36,184 nucleotides of DNA, taken from positions 1 through 36,184 of the IMG/VR virus record IMGVR_UViG_3300032216_001883. One strand, given 5' to 3'. The notes under the pieces were generated by a model, which was given only the letters and a program-made list of their open reading frames with translations, was not told the DNA's origin and searched no databases. Shown here in pieces: positions 15,031 through 25,174 of this stretch. Position 1 is the first letter of the stretch; the number at the start of each line of letters is the position of its first letter. The translations under genes were made by a program, and so were the position numbers. This stretch comes from a virus. Lineage: Duplodnaviria > Caudoviricetes.

Positions 15031-15437
15031 TGGAATTTAAATCATTCGATGTTTTATTGAAAGCTGTTATAACCGACTTAGAACAAAAAAAGACAGATAA
15101 GACAAACCCTATCGGGATTGCCCACGCTAATTCTTTAATTGCTAGTGGTAATGTAATTCAACCATCTGCTTGGAATCATCCTACTACTCAAGAGGAAAAT
15201 GATTACATAGATGCTAATGGTATTGAAGCTTATGGTAAATGGCATTTAGGGATTAACAGTCAAGCTGATCCAAAAACTAAAGACCATTATCATTATGTTT
15301 TTACCTCTGATTACAAAAATGTAGATAGAGCAGGTCTTATTGCTATCAGACAACGTTCTGCACAGCAAGGCCTAGATGCTATTTTTATTGCAACAGGTAA
15401 AATGTTGGATAAAATTGATGCAAAAAGCAATGGTTAA
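15030..15437 (+). CDS. Hypothetical head-region protein
   Basis: 135-aa ORF translationally coupled on both sides. Confidence 0.7.
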   Translation: MEFKSFDVLLKAVITDLEQKKTDKTNPIGIAHANSLIASGNVIQPSAWNHPTTQEENDYIDANGIEAYGKWHLGINSQADPKTKDHYHYVFTSDYKNVDRAGLIAIRQRSAQQGLDAIFIATGKMLDKIDAKSNG

Positions 15438-16276
15438 TGCCAAAAATCATACAACCATTTCAGCAGTTCAACTTGCAACAAAAAATTGCAAGGAAATCTA
15501 TAACAGAGTTTAGGCCTAAATTACAGTTTGCTCTACAACACGATTTTAATAAGGCAGCACAATTGGTTCACGAGTTAGGCGCACAGCAAGTAGTAAATTT
15601 TAAGAAGACATTTTTCAGTCAAGAGAAAGTTTCTAATATTTTACGAACTTTGTATGAAGGAGTAGGAGGATACACAGCGATGAGGTATCAAAAGATATTT
15701 GACAGGTATAAAAAAGATGATTCCATAGATTTTAATACGGATTCAATCTTTAAGGATTGGTTAGCTTTTATGCTTTCTTATTGGACTTCTATTGGAGGGC
15801 CAAAAATGTATGGCATACAAAACACTACTGATAATGAAATTGCTAGATTATTAAAACAAGCAATTGATTATGGTAGAAAAAATAATCTTTCCAATGACGA
15901 GGTTAACAAAATGGCGATTCAGTTGTTAAAAGATGGATCAATAAACAACGCAAGAAGTTTAATGATAGCAAGAACTGAAACACATCAAGCTTTAAGCACA
16001 GGAGCATTAGGAGCAGCACAAAAAGTTAACATACCTTTGCTAAAACAATGGGTAGCTGCTGAATATCCGACAAAGACAGGAATGCCAAGATATTGGCACA
16101 AGGCTTTGGATAGTCAAACAAATCCTGATGTTGGCGGAGTAAGAATACCAGTAAATGAACCATTTATGGTAAACACTCCAAAATACGGTGTAATAGAAAT
16201 GCAATATGCACACGATGCAAGTGGAGGAGCAATGAATAATTGTAATTGCCGATGCTGCACGGTGTATGTTGACTAA
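15437..16276 (+). CDS. Head morphogenesis / minor head protein (Mu gpF, SPP1 gp7-like)
   Basis: RS.MIARTET, K.W, R.WH, NCNCRC. Confidence 0.85.
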   Translation: MPKIIQPFQQFNLQQKIARKSITEFRPKLQFALQHDFNKAAQLVHELGAQQVVNFKKTFFSQEKVSNILRTLYEGVGGYTAMRYQKIFDRYKKDDSIDFNTDSIFKDWLAFMLSYWTSIGGPKMYGIQNTTDNEIARLLKQAIDYGRKNNLSNDEVNKMAIQLLKDGSINNARSLMIARTETHQALSTGALGAAQKVNIPLLKQWVAAEYPTKTGMPRYWHKALDSQTNPDVGGVRIPVNEPFMVNTPKYGVIEMQYAHDASGGAMNNCNCRCCTVYVD

Positions 16277-16286
16277 ACAAATAAAT

Positions 16287-17018
16287 ATGAGTAATTTTTA
16301 TAACAAAAAATCGGTAGAAGGTGCTCCCATAGATATGGTAGACAGCAATAGAACCATTATGGTTTATTATTCTGCTTTTGGTAATGTAGATAGCGATGGC
16401 GATATAATTACGCCAGGTGCTTTTACTAAAACGTTAAAGGAAAATGGTCCTCAAGCTAAAAACAGAGTGTGGCATCTAATGAACCACTCTACTGACAAGC
16501 CAATTGCTAAACCTTTCAGTATGGAAGAAGATGCTTTTGGCTTAAAAGCTCAAGTTAAACTACCTAATACTACATTAGGTAATGATTTGTATGAACTATA
16601 CAAAGCAGGTCACATTACTGAACACTCTATTGGATTTCAGACTGTAAAGTCACAATCTAAAGGGCAGTTCAATGAAATCACGGAAATTAAATTGTTTGAA
16701 GGTTCTTCAGTTTTATGGGGAGCCAATCCTAATACTCCAACAGTAAGTGTAAAATCAGAAGAAAAACCTGAAATAATTGATGAAATCAATAAAACGATTA
16801 AATCTTTAAGAACAGGAAATTTTACAGATGCTACATTTGAATTGCTAGAATTAAGATTAAAGCAATTACAACAATATCTATCAGAAATCGAAAACAAAGA
16901 TTCAATTATCGAAGGTTCACAACCGCTTGAAAAAGCATTGGAAGAAGTCGAAAATCCGAATGTTAAGGTTGAGATGGAAATTGTCAATTATTTACAATCA
17001 TTTAAAATTTTTAACTAA
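16287..17018 (+). CDS. HK97-family prohead protease
   Basis: FGNVDSDGDII.PGAF.KT, NH, SIGF, L.EGS.V.WGAN. Confidence 0.92.
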   Translation: MSNFYNKKSVEGAPIDMVDSNRTIMVYYSAFGNVDSDGDIITPGAFTKTLKENGPQAKNRVWHLMNHSTDKPIAKPFSMEEDAFGLKAQVKLPNTTLGNDLYELYKAGHITEHSIGFQTVKSQSKGQFNEITEIKLFEGSSVLWGANPNTPTVSVKSEEKPEIIDEINKTIKSLRTGNFTDATFELLELRLKQLQQYLSEIENKDSIIEGSQPLEKALEEVENPNVKVEMEIVNYLQSFKIFN

Positions 17019-18160
17019 TGAACTTAGAAGAAGTAAAAGGTGCCTTTGACGGAGTTAAAACCGATGTTAAAGAAGCATTTGAATCTGCAAAAGCAGAAAA
17101 CAATAAAGCAATCGAATCAGTAAAATCTGAGATTGCTGTATTAAAAGACGAATTGGATAAATTCCAAGCAAAAAATAATTCAAAAATGAATAATCAAGAA
17201 ACAAAATCATTTAATAGTTCTTTGGCTATTGAAATTGAAAAAAATGCAGATTCTATTGCTAGATTTGCAAGAAAAGAATCTAAAAGCTTTGGCTTTGAAT
17301 TAGACACTAAAGCAACAGTAATGACTGAAACAGCAAATTTGACTGGTTCTATTCCTCGTGAATATGCTAATCAAGTTTATGCTTATCCAACTCGTAAAGT
17401 ACACGTTAGAAATTTATTGCCAATCGGAAGTATTTCTAATGGTATTTTTACTTTCCCAGTAGAAACTGGTGAAACAGGAAGCGCAGCAGTACAAACAGAA
17501 GGTAGTGCAAAATCTTTTATGGATATGTCTGTAACAATGACAGATGCTCCTGCTCGTTACATTGCAGGTTATTTACAAGTTTCTCGTCAAATGTTAGAAG
17601 ATATTCCAGCAATGACTTCTTTCTTACAAGCTCGTCTTTTAGAAAGATATTTATTAGCTGAAGATGCTCAATTATTAAATGGTACTGGAAGTGGTATTAA
17701 CTTAAAAGGTTTAACAGTTGCTGCTTCTGCTGCTACTGGTACTTCTACAGTCGATGTAGAACAATTAGTTGATGCTATTGCACAAGTTGCTACTGCAAAC
17801 TATAGTGCTAATGGTATTTTGATTAATCCAACAGATTGGGCTGCTATCTTAAAAACTAAAACTTCATCTGGTCCTTATTCAGTTCCAGGTTCTATTGTAA
17901 TTGACAATCAAGGTGGTGTTCAAATTGCTGGTATTCCTGTTTATCAATCTACAGCAATCGATGTTGATAAATTTTTAGTTGGTGATTGGCAAATGGGTGC
18001 TCAAATTATGCAACATACTGGTATTGGTGTTCAATTTGCTGAATTTGATAGTGATAATTTCCAAAAGAATTTAATTACAGTTCGTGTTGAGGCTAGAATT
18101 GCATTCCCAATTTATTATGGTGGAGCATTCGTTTACGGAGATTTCGGTAACGTAGCTTAA
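17018..18160 (+). CDS. Major capsid protein (HK97 fold, N-terminal coiled-coil delta domain)
   Basis: EG..K, VSRQMLED, ED.QLLNGTG, INP.DW, F..NL...RVE.R. Confidence 0.95.
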   Translation: MNLEEVKGAFDGVKTDVKEAFESAKAENNKAIESVKSEIAVLKDELDKFQAKNNSKMNNQETKSFNSSLAIEIEKNADSIARFARKESKSFGFELDTKATVMTETANLTGSIPREYANQVYAYPTRKVHVRNLLPIGSISNGIFTFPVETGETGSAAVQTEGSAKSFMDMSVTMTDAPARYIAGYLQVSRQMLEDIPAMTSFLQARLLERYLLAEDAQLLNGTGSGINLKGLTVAASAATGTSTVDVEQLVDAIAQVATANYSANGILINPTDWAAILKTKTSSGPYSVPGSIVIDNQGGVQIAGIPVYQSTAIDVDKFLVGDWQMGAQIMQHTGIGVQFAEFDSDNFQKNLITVRVEARIAFPIYYGGAFVYGDFGNVA

Positions 18161-18181
18161 TCCTAACATTTAGATAAATAT

Positions 18182-18210
18182 AAGGGGTAGTTAATAGCTA
18201 CCCCTTTTTT
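18182..18210 (+). terminator. Intrinsic terminator after the capsid gene
   Basis: AAGGGGTAG-TTAATAG-CTACCCCTT followed by TTTT. Confidence 0.85.
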
Positions 18211-18213
18211 GTG

Positions 18214-18227
18214 TATTTTTGTAAAAA
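18214..18227 (+). promoter_or_regulatory. TAnnTTTGTAAAAA promoter motif
   Basis: TATTTTTGTAAAAA directly after the terminator. Confidence 0.65.
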
Positions 18228-18235
18228 TTATAAGG

Positions 18236-18784
18236 ATGCAAATAATAAGAGATGTTGCTACAATTTCAGAATCAACTACGGAAGTTGTAACATTGGCTGA
18301 AGCAAAAAACTATTTGAGAGTTGATTTTAATGATGATGATATTTTAATACAAGGTATTATTGATTCTTCAATCAAAAGACTTGAACAATATGGATCATTT
18401 TCAATGACTCCTAAAACATTACAAACAATTGCTTATGTTGATAATATCATAGAATTACCATATACTCCAATTGGATATATAGTTCAAGTTGAATATTTTA
18501 ATGGTTCAGATTGGATTAACTTAACTGAAGGCGGTGATTACGTAGTTTATGGAACAAACTATAAAAAAGTTAGAATAATATCTTATCCTCGTTCTGATTA
18601 TAGATTTACTTATACTTGTGGGTTTGATACGCTTCCACATATCATTAAACAAGCCACTTTAAAGCTAATTGCCGACCTTTATGATTACAGGCAATCAGAA
18701 AGCCCATCTACTCATGTTAGTGAAAATATGATGACCGCATACGAAATGATAGAGCCTTATAAACGTACAACTATATTCTTATAA
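18236..18784 (+). CDS. Head-tail connector (HK97 gp6-like)
   Basis: VTLAEAKNYLRVD..DDD.LI...P..IKQA.L..IA..Y..R. Confidence 0.88.
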   Translation: MQIIRDVATISESTTEVVTLAEAKNYLRVDFNDDDILIQGIIDSSIKRLEQYGSFSMTPKTLQTIAYVDNIIELPYTPIGYIVQVEYFNGSDWINLTEGGDYVVYGTNYKKVRIISYPRSDYRFTYTCGFDTLPHIIKQATLKLIADLYDYRQSESPSTHVSENMMTAYEMIEPYKRTTIFL

Positions 18785-19104
18785 TGATTAGCCAATTTAG
18801 ACAAAGGATAGTTTTTAATAGTAAAACAGGTGTTTCAGATGGATCTGGGGGGTTTGTTAATACTTTGACACCATATTACACTTGTTGGGCTCAAATAGCA
18901 AAAGAAACAGGTGGTAAAACCAATATATCTGGGAATGATTCAATGAAAGATGATATTATTTTTAGAATAAGATGGGCTCAATCATTAGTACTTGATAATA
19001 AATTAGTAATAACATTCAATAATCAGAAATATTTAATAAATTCAGTTATCATAGAAGATAATGATTATAAATATTATCTAATATATTGTGCATCAATGAG
19101 TTAA
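18784..19104 (+). CDS. Head closure / head-tail adaptor (SPP1 gp16-like)
   Basis: DGSGG.......WA.I, FRIR, Y.I.SV, and position. Confidence 0.85.
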   Translation: MISQFRQRIVFNSKTGVSDGSGGFVNTLTPYYTCWAQIAKETGGKTNISGNDSMKDDIIFRIRWAQSLVLDNKLVITFNNQKYLINSVIIEDNDYKYYLIYCASMS

Positions 19105-19592
19105 TGGCATTTATAGATTTTAAATTAGAAGGATTAAGTTCACTTCAAACATATTTTACTACAGCCCCTGAAAGGTTATTAGTTAAAGTTTCTAAAGAAG
19201 TAGATAAAACACTTGCTGCGATTGAGAAAGACGCTAAAATAAAAGCTCCTTATGATACAGGTGCTTTGCGAGAAAGTATTAGAAGCTATAGATTAAATGA
19301 AATTGATGCATTAATTGTTGCTGGTGATCCAAATAGAAGTAATAGTAAAGGCCATTTGGTAAATTATGCTGGATACCAAGAATTTGGTGTTGGTGCAGGT
19401 GGTTTTGGAAGAGGTTTTGGTATACCTTCTTTTAATTTTATAAGTGGCACAGAAGTAGCGGATTATGCTTCAAAATTTAGAAAAGGAAGTAGCAACAAAA
19501 AAATTAGGGTGCCATCAACTTCATTTATGTTTACATCATTTGACAAGCATTATGGCAAGATGGTTGAAAACATAAAGAAGATCAAAATATAA
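19104..19592 (+). CDS. HK97 gp10-like tail completion protein
   Basis: AK..AP.DTG.LR.SI and YA.YQEFG. Likely ATG at 19104. Confidence 0.85.
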   Translation: MAFIDFKLEGLSSLQTYFTTAPERLLVKVSKEVDKTLAAIEKDAKIKAPYDTGALRESIRSYRLNEIDALIVAGDPNRSNSKGHLVNYAGYQEFGVGAGGFGRGFGIPSFNFISGTEVADYASKFRKGSSNKKIRVPSTSFMFTSFDKHYGKMVENIKKIKI

Positions 19593-19608
19593 TATAAATA
19601 TTATTCGT

Positions 19609-19622
19609 TAAATTTGTAAAAA
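19609..19622 (+). promoter_or_regulatory. TAnnTTTGTAAAAA promoter motif abutting the ATG
   Basis: TAAATTTGTAAAAA-ATG. Confidence 0.6.
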
Positions 19623-20051
19623 ATGAAGGACTGCGGATACGCTATAAGAAAGGGATATTATGATAAACTTATTGGCGCTTCTTATTCACTTGGGGTTTAT
19701 GATACCATAGCACCTGACGAACAAGAGCCACCTTTTTTGATTATCAGTAGTCAGACTTCATCAGAGGATAGTGACAAGACAAGTTTTAACTTTAATGTTT
19801 CTATTCAATTTGATATAATTTATAGGACTTTTAAAGCAGGTGAAGTAGGTCAAAAAAGTGTAGATACCTATGCAAATCAACTACTTACTATAATAGGAGT
19901 TGGAATGTTAGATTATCCTAATACTTCGCCTGATTTTAAAATAGTTACTAGAAAAATGATAAAGAATGATGCAGCATTTGATTATATCGATGAGGCTTAT
20001 ATTTTTAGAAGGGTAATAATAATGAATCATTTCGTGAATCAAATAACATAA
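19623..20051 (+). CDS. Tail terminator protein
   Basis: VYD..P.....PF..I, size, and position before the major tail gene. Confidence 0.75.
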   Translation: MKDCGYAIRKGYYDKLIGASYSLGVYDTIAPDEQEPPFLIISSQTSSEDSDKTSFNFNVSIQFDIIYRTFKAGEVGQKSVDTYANQLLTIIGVGMLDYPNTSPDFKIVTRKMIKNDAAFDYIDEAYIFRRVIIMNHFVNQIT

Positions 20052-20067
20052 AGTAAAATAAAATAAA

Positions 20068-20502
20068 ATGGCAACAACAAACGTATTTAACGGTACAAAC
20101 CTCGTAATTTTAGTAGGGACTGAGGTTGTAGCACACGCAAAAAACTGTTCTTTAAGCGTAAAAGCTAACTTACCAGATGCATCTACAAAAGATAGCTTAG
20201 GTTGGGCAGAACATATTGGTGGACAAATGTCTTGGTCTTTAAAGACTGATGGCTTAGCTACAGTACAACCAACTGCGGCTACTTATATCGTAGGAGATAT
20301 TTTTACTGCATTAACTGCAAGAACTGCTGTAACCGTTAAGTTTACAACTTATAATGGTACAACTACAATTGCTGGTGATTTAGTTTGGTCAGGTAGTGCT
20401 TTTATTGAAAGTTTAGATATGACTGGAGATATGGAAGCTCCTGTTACATTCTCTGCTTCTTTCACAGGTACTTCTACTTTGACTCAAGGAACTAATGCCT
20501 AA
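20068..20502 (+). CDS. Major tail tube protein (TP901-1-like)
   Basis: NGT.L, STKDS.GW.E.I.G..SWS...DG, SG.AFI.SL, FS.SF.G. Confidence 0.88.
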   Translation: MATTNVFNGTNLVILVGTEVVAHAKNCSLSVKANLPDASTKDSLGWAEHIGGQMSWSLKTDGLATVQPTAATYIVGDIFTALTARTAVTVKFTTYNGTTTIAGDLVWSGSAFIESLDMTGDMEAPVTFSASFTGTSTLTQGTNA

Positions 20503-20529
20503 TATAACCAACCAAAAAAACAAACCAAA

Positions 20530-20904
20530 ATGAGAGGACAATTTGAATTAACTCTTTCCGATGGGAAGAAGATACCGATGCGTTTTTGTACGTGGAGTCT
20601 TAAAAGATTCTGTCAATTACAAGGTATTGGCCCAGGAGAAATAGGGATAGCGCTTTCTGGAGATAACTCTTTAGACGCTGTTGTTAACTTGTTAAGAGCA
20701 GCTGCAGAATATCCAATATATAAAGATGGGATTACCCCTTCTTTTACAGAAATAGAAATCTGTGATTGGGTAGATGATATGGGTGGCATAACTGGGAAGA
20801 AATTTCAAGATGTTATGACAGTTTTATCAGAAAGTTTATCAAGCGGAATAGAAGCACCCTCTGACTCTAAGAAAGGAAAGAAGGATGAAGTAAAAAAAAA
20901 TTAG
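20530..20904 (+). CDS. Tail assembly chaperone (gpG-like)
   Basis: Lies between tube and tape-measure genes and ends in an A9 slippery run. Confidence 0.8.
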   Translation: MRGQFELTLSDGKKIPMRFCTWSLKRFCQLQGIGPGEIGIALSGDNSLDAVVNLLRAAAEYPIYKDGITPSFTEIEICDWVDDMGGITGKKFQDVMTVLSESLSSGIEAPSDSKKGKKDEVKKN

Positions 20905-21218
20905 AGTGGATTGATATAGAAAGATATACAATGGGGGAGTGCCAAATACTTCCCCATTTGTTTTGGGAGATGACAATGGCTGAGTTAGATTTTGTTTGGT
21001 ATGGGTATAGGCATAAAGAGGAACAAGAATGGGTTAGAACAAGGTGGATGACAACATTGTTAATTAATATCCAGCTACCAAAGGGTAGCCAAGTTAAACC
21101 ATCTGATTTAATTGAACTTGATTGTGATGTTAGGAACTTTAAGAAACCAGAAGTAATGACTGATGAGGAGTTGATGAAAGTTATAAAGTCTTACGAAAAT
21201 GTTAAACCTATAAAATAA
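20901..21218 (+). CDS. Tail assembly chaperone -1 frameshift extension (gpGT-like)
   Basis: The -1 frame is open from 20901 (LEWIDIERYTMGECQILPHLFWEMT..E). FWEMT is a typical motif. Confidence 0.8.
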   Translation, partial: LEWIDIERYTMGECQILPHLFWEMTMAELDFVWYGYRHKEEQEWVRTRWMTTLLINIQLPKGSQVKPSDLIELDCDVRNFKKPEVMTDEELMKVIKSYENVKPIK

Positions 21219-21219
21219 A

Positions 21220-23265
21220 ATGGCAGAAGAGCAAATTAAGATACGGATACAGGCGGATGCAGCTGATTTTAAGACCATTATGGATGCTGTTAATGCAAAA
21301 CTTGCTGAAACAGGTAAAACGGCTACGATTGTTTCTGGTAGTGTTAAGATATTACAAAAAGAATTAGATAATACAGCAAATTCATTTGCTAAAGTAGGAA
21401 ATGCTGCTCAATCTTCTGCAGATAAGATGAAAAGCTCTAATCAAGTTTATACTCACTTTGCCTTAGTTTTACAAGATTTACCTTATGGATTTAGAGGTAT
21501 TCAAAATAACCTTCCTGCATTAATAGGAGATTTTGCTGGTTTAGCTGGTCCTATATATTTAGCAGGTTCTGCAATTATAGCATTTTTTACAGCTTGGGAT
21601 ATGGGGCTTTTTAAGTCTAAAGATGGCGTAGATGAATTAAAGAAAAAAACAAAAGAACTAAGGGATGAAATTATAGGTTCATCACAAAGCGCTAGAGAAC
21701 AAGGCATAACATTATTAGCTTATGTAAAGATAGCGCAAGATACTACTGAAACAGAAAAAGTTAGAACAGAAGCTTTAAAAAAAGCCAATATAATTTATGG
21801 CGAACATAATGAAAAATTAACCCTTGCAAATATTAATACAGAAAAGGTTAAAAAAGGCCTTGATGGTTATATACAAAGTTTAATACAATTAGCTGTAGCT
21901 CAAAAATATGCTGGTCAAATTGCTGATAATATTATAGAACAAAATAAAATTCAAGCAGATATTGATGAAGCTAATATTAGAAGACAAAAATTATTAGAAG
22001 AAATAAGGGGGAAACAAACAAATAAATCAAGAGATTTAGTTGATGTATATAATGATTATTATAAAGTTTTAGATGAAATAGCTGGACTAGAAAAAAATAA
22101 TAAAACATCATTAGACATAGGTACAAAAACTATGGAAGAACATTCTAAAGCCGTAAAAAAAGCAATAGAATTGTCTTCTGAATTTGGTAAAACTCAAAAG
22201 GTTAAAGAAGATAAGCCAAAAGTATCTAATTATTATGAAAAAGATGCTCAAGCAACATTTGATTATTATAAAGATAATTTATTCCAAGCAGAATTTTATT
22301 TTAATCAACTAAATGAAATTAGAAAGAATAACGCTTTAATGACTGCTATTATTAATAAAGCTTCTGCGGAAGAATTATCAACTATAGAGCATACATATGA
22401 ACAAAATTCATTAAATTTTCATCAAGAAATAGAAAATAAGAAATTTTCTATTAGAGAACAAAGCTCAAATAGGCAAAAACAATTATCTGAAGCAGATTTA
22501 AGAGATAAGAAAAAAATATTAGATAGAGAATTCCAGAATGAATTAGATGCTATTCAAAATAAATTAGATGCAGAATTAAAAGGACACAAAAAAGAGCCTT
22601 TAAAACAACAAGAAGATTATAAACAAGCCATTGCTGGTTATGTATTAATGGCAATGCAATTAGGTCTTACAGCTGAGGAAGTAGATAAATTACAAGATAA
22701 AATAAATAAATTAAATTCTACAGCAGAAGGTGCAGCTGCTGCATTTACTCCATTAGGTGATATACTAAATAATTTGGCTACAAATGTTTTAGTAGAACTA
22801 GGGACACAAATTGGAGGGTTATTAACAGGAGCTGAATTTTCATTATCTGGTTTTTTTGGTTTAATAGCAGATGCTTTAATTAAAATTGGTACTCATTTAG
22901 TTTTAATATCTCAATTATTTTTAACTGTTGATGCATTATTCGCTAGTGGTGGCGCATTAGCTCCATTTGCAATACCAATAGGTATAGCTGCTATTGCGGC
23001 AGGTATTGCATTAAAAAGTTCATTAGGCTCATCAAAAAATGATACTAAGAAATTTGCAAATGGTGGCGTTATATCTGGTCCTACTTATGGGCTAATGGGT
23101 GAATACCCTGGTGCTAAATCAAATCCTGAAGTAGTTGCTCCTTTAGATAAACTTAAGTCAATGATTGGAGGAGTGGGTAATGGTGAGTTTGTATTAAGAG
23201 GAAGTGACTTGGTTTTAGCATTAAATCGTTCAAATTCATCATTAAATCTTAGAAGAGGCTCATAA
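21220..23265 (+). CDS. Tape measure protein (681 aa)
   Basis: Helical and Ala/Lys/Glu-rich, QDLPYGF..I.NN, C-terminal FANGG...GPT..LMGEY...PEVV.PL. Confidence 0.9.
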   Translation: MAEEQIKIRIQADAADFKTIMDAVNAKLAETGKTATIVSGSVKILQKELDNTANSFAKVGNAAQSSADKMKSSNQVYTHFALVLQDLPYGFRGIQNNLPALIGDFAGLAGPIYLAGSAIIAFFTAWDMGLFKSKDGVDELKKKTKELRDEIIGSSQSAREQGITLLAYVKIAQDTTETEKVRTEALKKANIIYGEHNEKLTLANINTEKVKKGLDGYIQSLIQLAVAQKYAGQIADNIIEQNKIQADIDEANIRRQKLLEEIRGKQTNKSRDLVDVYNDYYKVLDEIAGLEKNNKTSLDIGTKTMEEHSKAVKKAIELSSEFGKTQKVKEDKPKVSNYYEKDAQATFDYYKDNLFQAEFYFNQLNEIRKNNALMTAIINKASAEELSTIEHTYEQNSLNFHQEIENKKFSIREQSSNRQKQLSEADLRDKKKILDREFQNELDAIQNKLDAELKGHKKEPLKQQEDYKQAIAGYVLMAMQLGLTAEEVDKLQDKINKLNSTAEGAAAAFTPLGDILNNLATNVLVELGTQIGGLLTGAEFSLSGFFGLIADALIKIGTHLVLISQLFLTVDALFASGGALAPFAIPIGIAAIAAGIALKSSLGSSKNDTKKFANGGVISGPTYGLMGEYPGAKSNPEVVAPLDKLKSMIGGVGNGEFVLRGSDLVLALNRSNSSLNLRRGS

Positions 23266-25169
23266 TGGCATACGCAGATAAATATAAAATAACATATGCT
23301 ACCAAAACGAGTAAGACAGTTTATTTGTATTTACAAGAAGATGGTTATAGTGGAAGCGTTATAGAATATCCTGGAACATCAATTCAATTGCAATATTTAC
23401 CAACCTCAGATGATCCATTTGATCCAATATTTGCTAGTCAGCTAAACGTAGGAATTGATATTACTGATAATTTATCAAATATGCCTGATTTTGTAACAAC
23501 AGATGATAGGAAATATTTTGTTAAGTTATATTTGGGTACTGATTTAGAATGGACTGGTTTTACTTTAAATGATAATGTGCAAGTATCATTTTCAACAGGC
23601 AGAAAACAATTATCTTTTAATTGTGTAGATGGCTTAGCTATGCTTAAAGGTATATTATTACCTATATCAACAAGCGTTAATATTAATAATTATCAATCTG
23701 TATTATATTATATAACACTTTGTTTAAATAAAATATCATTCCCAACTAATCCAAATATTGTAACAGCTTGTTCTTTTTATGCCGTAGGAATGGTTGATAG
23801 AACTACAAGTACAAATAATGAGCCATTCTCTCAATCATATCTTCCATATAGAACATTTTTAGATACAGCTAATACGTATTTAAATTGTTTTGATATTTTA
23901 TCAAATATAGTAAAATCATTTGGATGTAGAATATTTATGGCTAATGGTAAGTGGTGGATTGTATCTATTAATGAATCTGCAAAAACAAATGTTTATTATA
24001 CAGAATATTCTTATACAAGTACAGTAGTAGGAAGTGGTTTATTTACAAAAGGAAGTCAAATTCAAGGATATACTGGAAATACAAGTAATGTTTATTTTAA
24101 TGGCAATAGTCAATTAAAGATATTAAAAAAAGGATTTAATAAAATAAATTTAAGTCATTCTTTTAGTGGAGCTGCAAATTATCTATCAAATGGTAATTTA
24201 AAACCAAATGCTTCTAATCTTGCAACAAATTGGACAACAACAAGTGGTGGCTCTGGATCAACTTATAGCATTATAAATAATGCAGGAGAAATATCTGCTC
24301 AATATAGAATGACAGCTGGTATTGGTGCTGGTTCTTATGTTAGAATTAATGCAAATGGTATGCCTTATGTTAATGGTGGAGAGTTAATCACATTTAGTTG
24401 GGATTATTATGCTCAAGACATTACTGGATATAGAGGAAATATTTATGTAAAAATAGTAGGTAGTTCAAGTACTTATTATTATGGGGGAACTCCAGCAGGA
24501 TGGAATACAAGTTCTTTTACTAACTTTTTTCCAATACCATCTGTAACTACAGATAATTACAATACATATTCAATAACTCTTCCTGCGGCTCCAACCTCAG
24601 GTTTATTATCATTTGGCTTTGCATTAGAAGACGGCACAGTTAGATATGTTATAGTTGGTAATTTTGGGTTAAATGTAACTCCATTTGAAAAGCAAATAGA
24701 TTATACTTCTTATATAAATAGCAATACCCAATATACTAAGACAATTGATTTTCCTTATGGAGATTATGCTAGTACTACTTACACAACTCAATTAGGCACT
24801 TTATCTAATAGTGCTGGTATTACTTGGTCAACCTGGTATCAATATGGGAAATCAACAAATTATGCTGGTTTAAGTGGTTTGTTAATGCAGATGTATATTA
24901 ATATTTTTGCTAAAAAGCTAATTAATATTGATGGTTCTTTAACAAGCTTTGTGACAAGTAATGGTTATATAAATGGGGCTAAGACATTTACTGCTACAGA
25001 TACAGATCCATCGCAAATAAGTGTAAGTTCAAGTCATTATTTAATAGGCAATTCAACTATTGATTATGTAGCTGATTCTTCTAGTGTAACTTTGCTAGAT
25101 ATATCAGATACTGATATTACGGCAACAAACTCATACGTTATAACATATAACAATAATTATAAACAATAG
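23265..25169 (+). CDS. Tail tip / baseplate hub protein
   Basis: Follows the TMP. W.GF, DGLA.LK and FG.RI....G.WWI motifs. Confidence 0.65.
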   Translation: MAYADKYKITYATKTSKTVYLYLQEDGYSGSVIEYPGTSIQLQYLPTSDDPFDPIFASQLNVGIDITDNLSNMPDFVTTDDRKYFVKLYLGTDLEWTGFTLNDNVQVSFSTGRKQLSFNCVDGLAMLKGILLPISTSVNINNYQSVLYYITLCLNKISFPTNPNIVTACSFYAVGMVDRTTSTNNEPFSQSYLPYRTFLDTANTYLNCFDILSNIVKSFGCRIFMANGKWWIVSINESAKTNVYYTEYSYTSTVVGSGLFTKGSQIQGYTGNTSNVYFNGNSQLKILKKGFNKINLSHSFSGAANYLSNGNLKPNASNLATNWTTTSGGSGSTYSIINNAGEISAQYRMTAGIGAGSYVRINANGMPYVNGGELITFSWDYYAQDITGYRGNIYVKIVGSSSTYYYGGTPAGWNTSSFTNFFPIPSVTTDNYNTYSITLPAAPTSGLLSFGFALEDGTVRYVIVGNFGLNVTPFEKQIDYTSYINSNTQYTKTIDFPYGDYASTTYTTQLGTLSNSAGITWSTWYQYGKSTNYAGLSGLLMQMYINIFAKKLINIDGSLTSFVTSNGYINGAKTFTATDTDPSQISVSSSHYLIGNSTIDYVADSSSVTLLDISDTDITATNSYVITYNNNYKQ

Positions 25170-25174
25170 AATAA

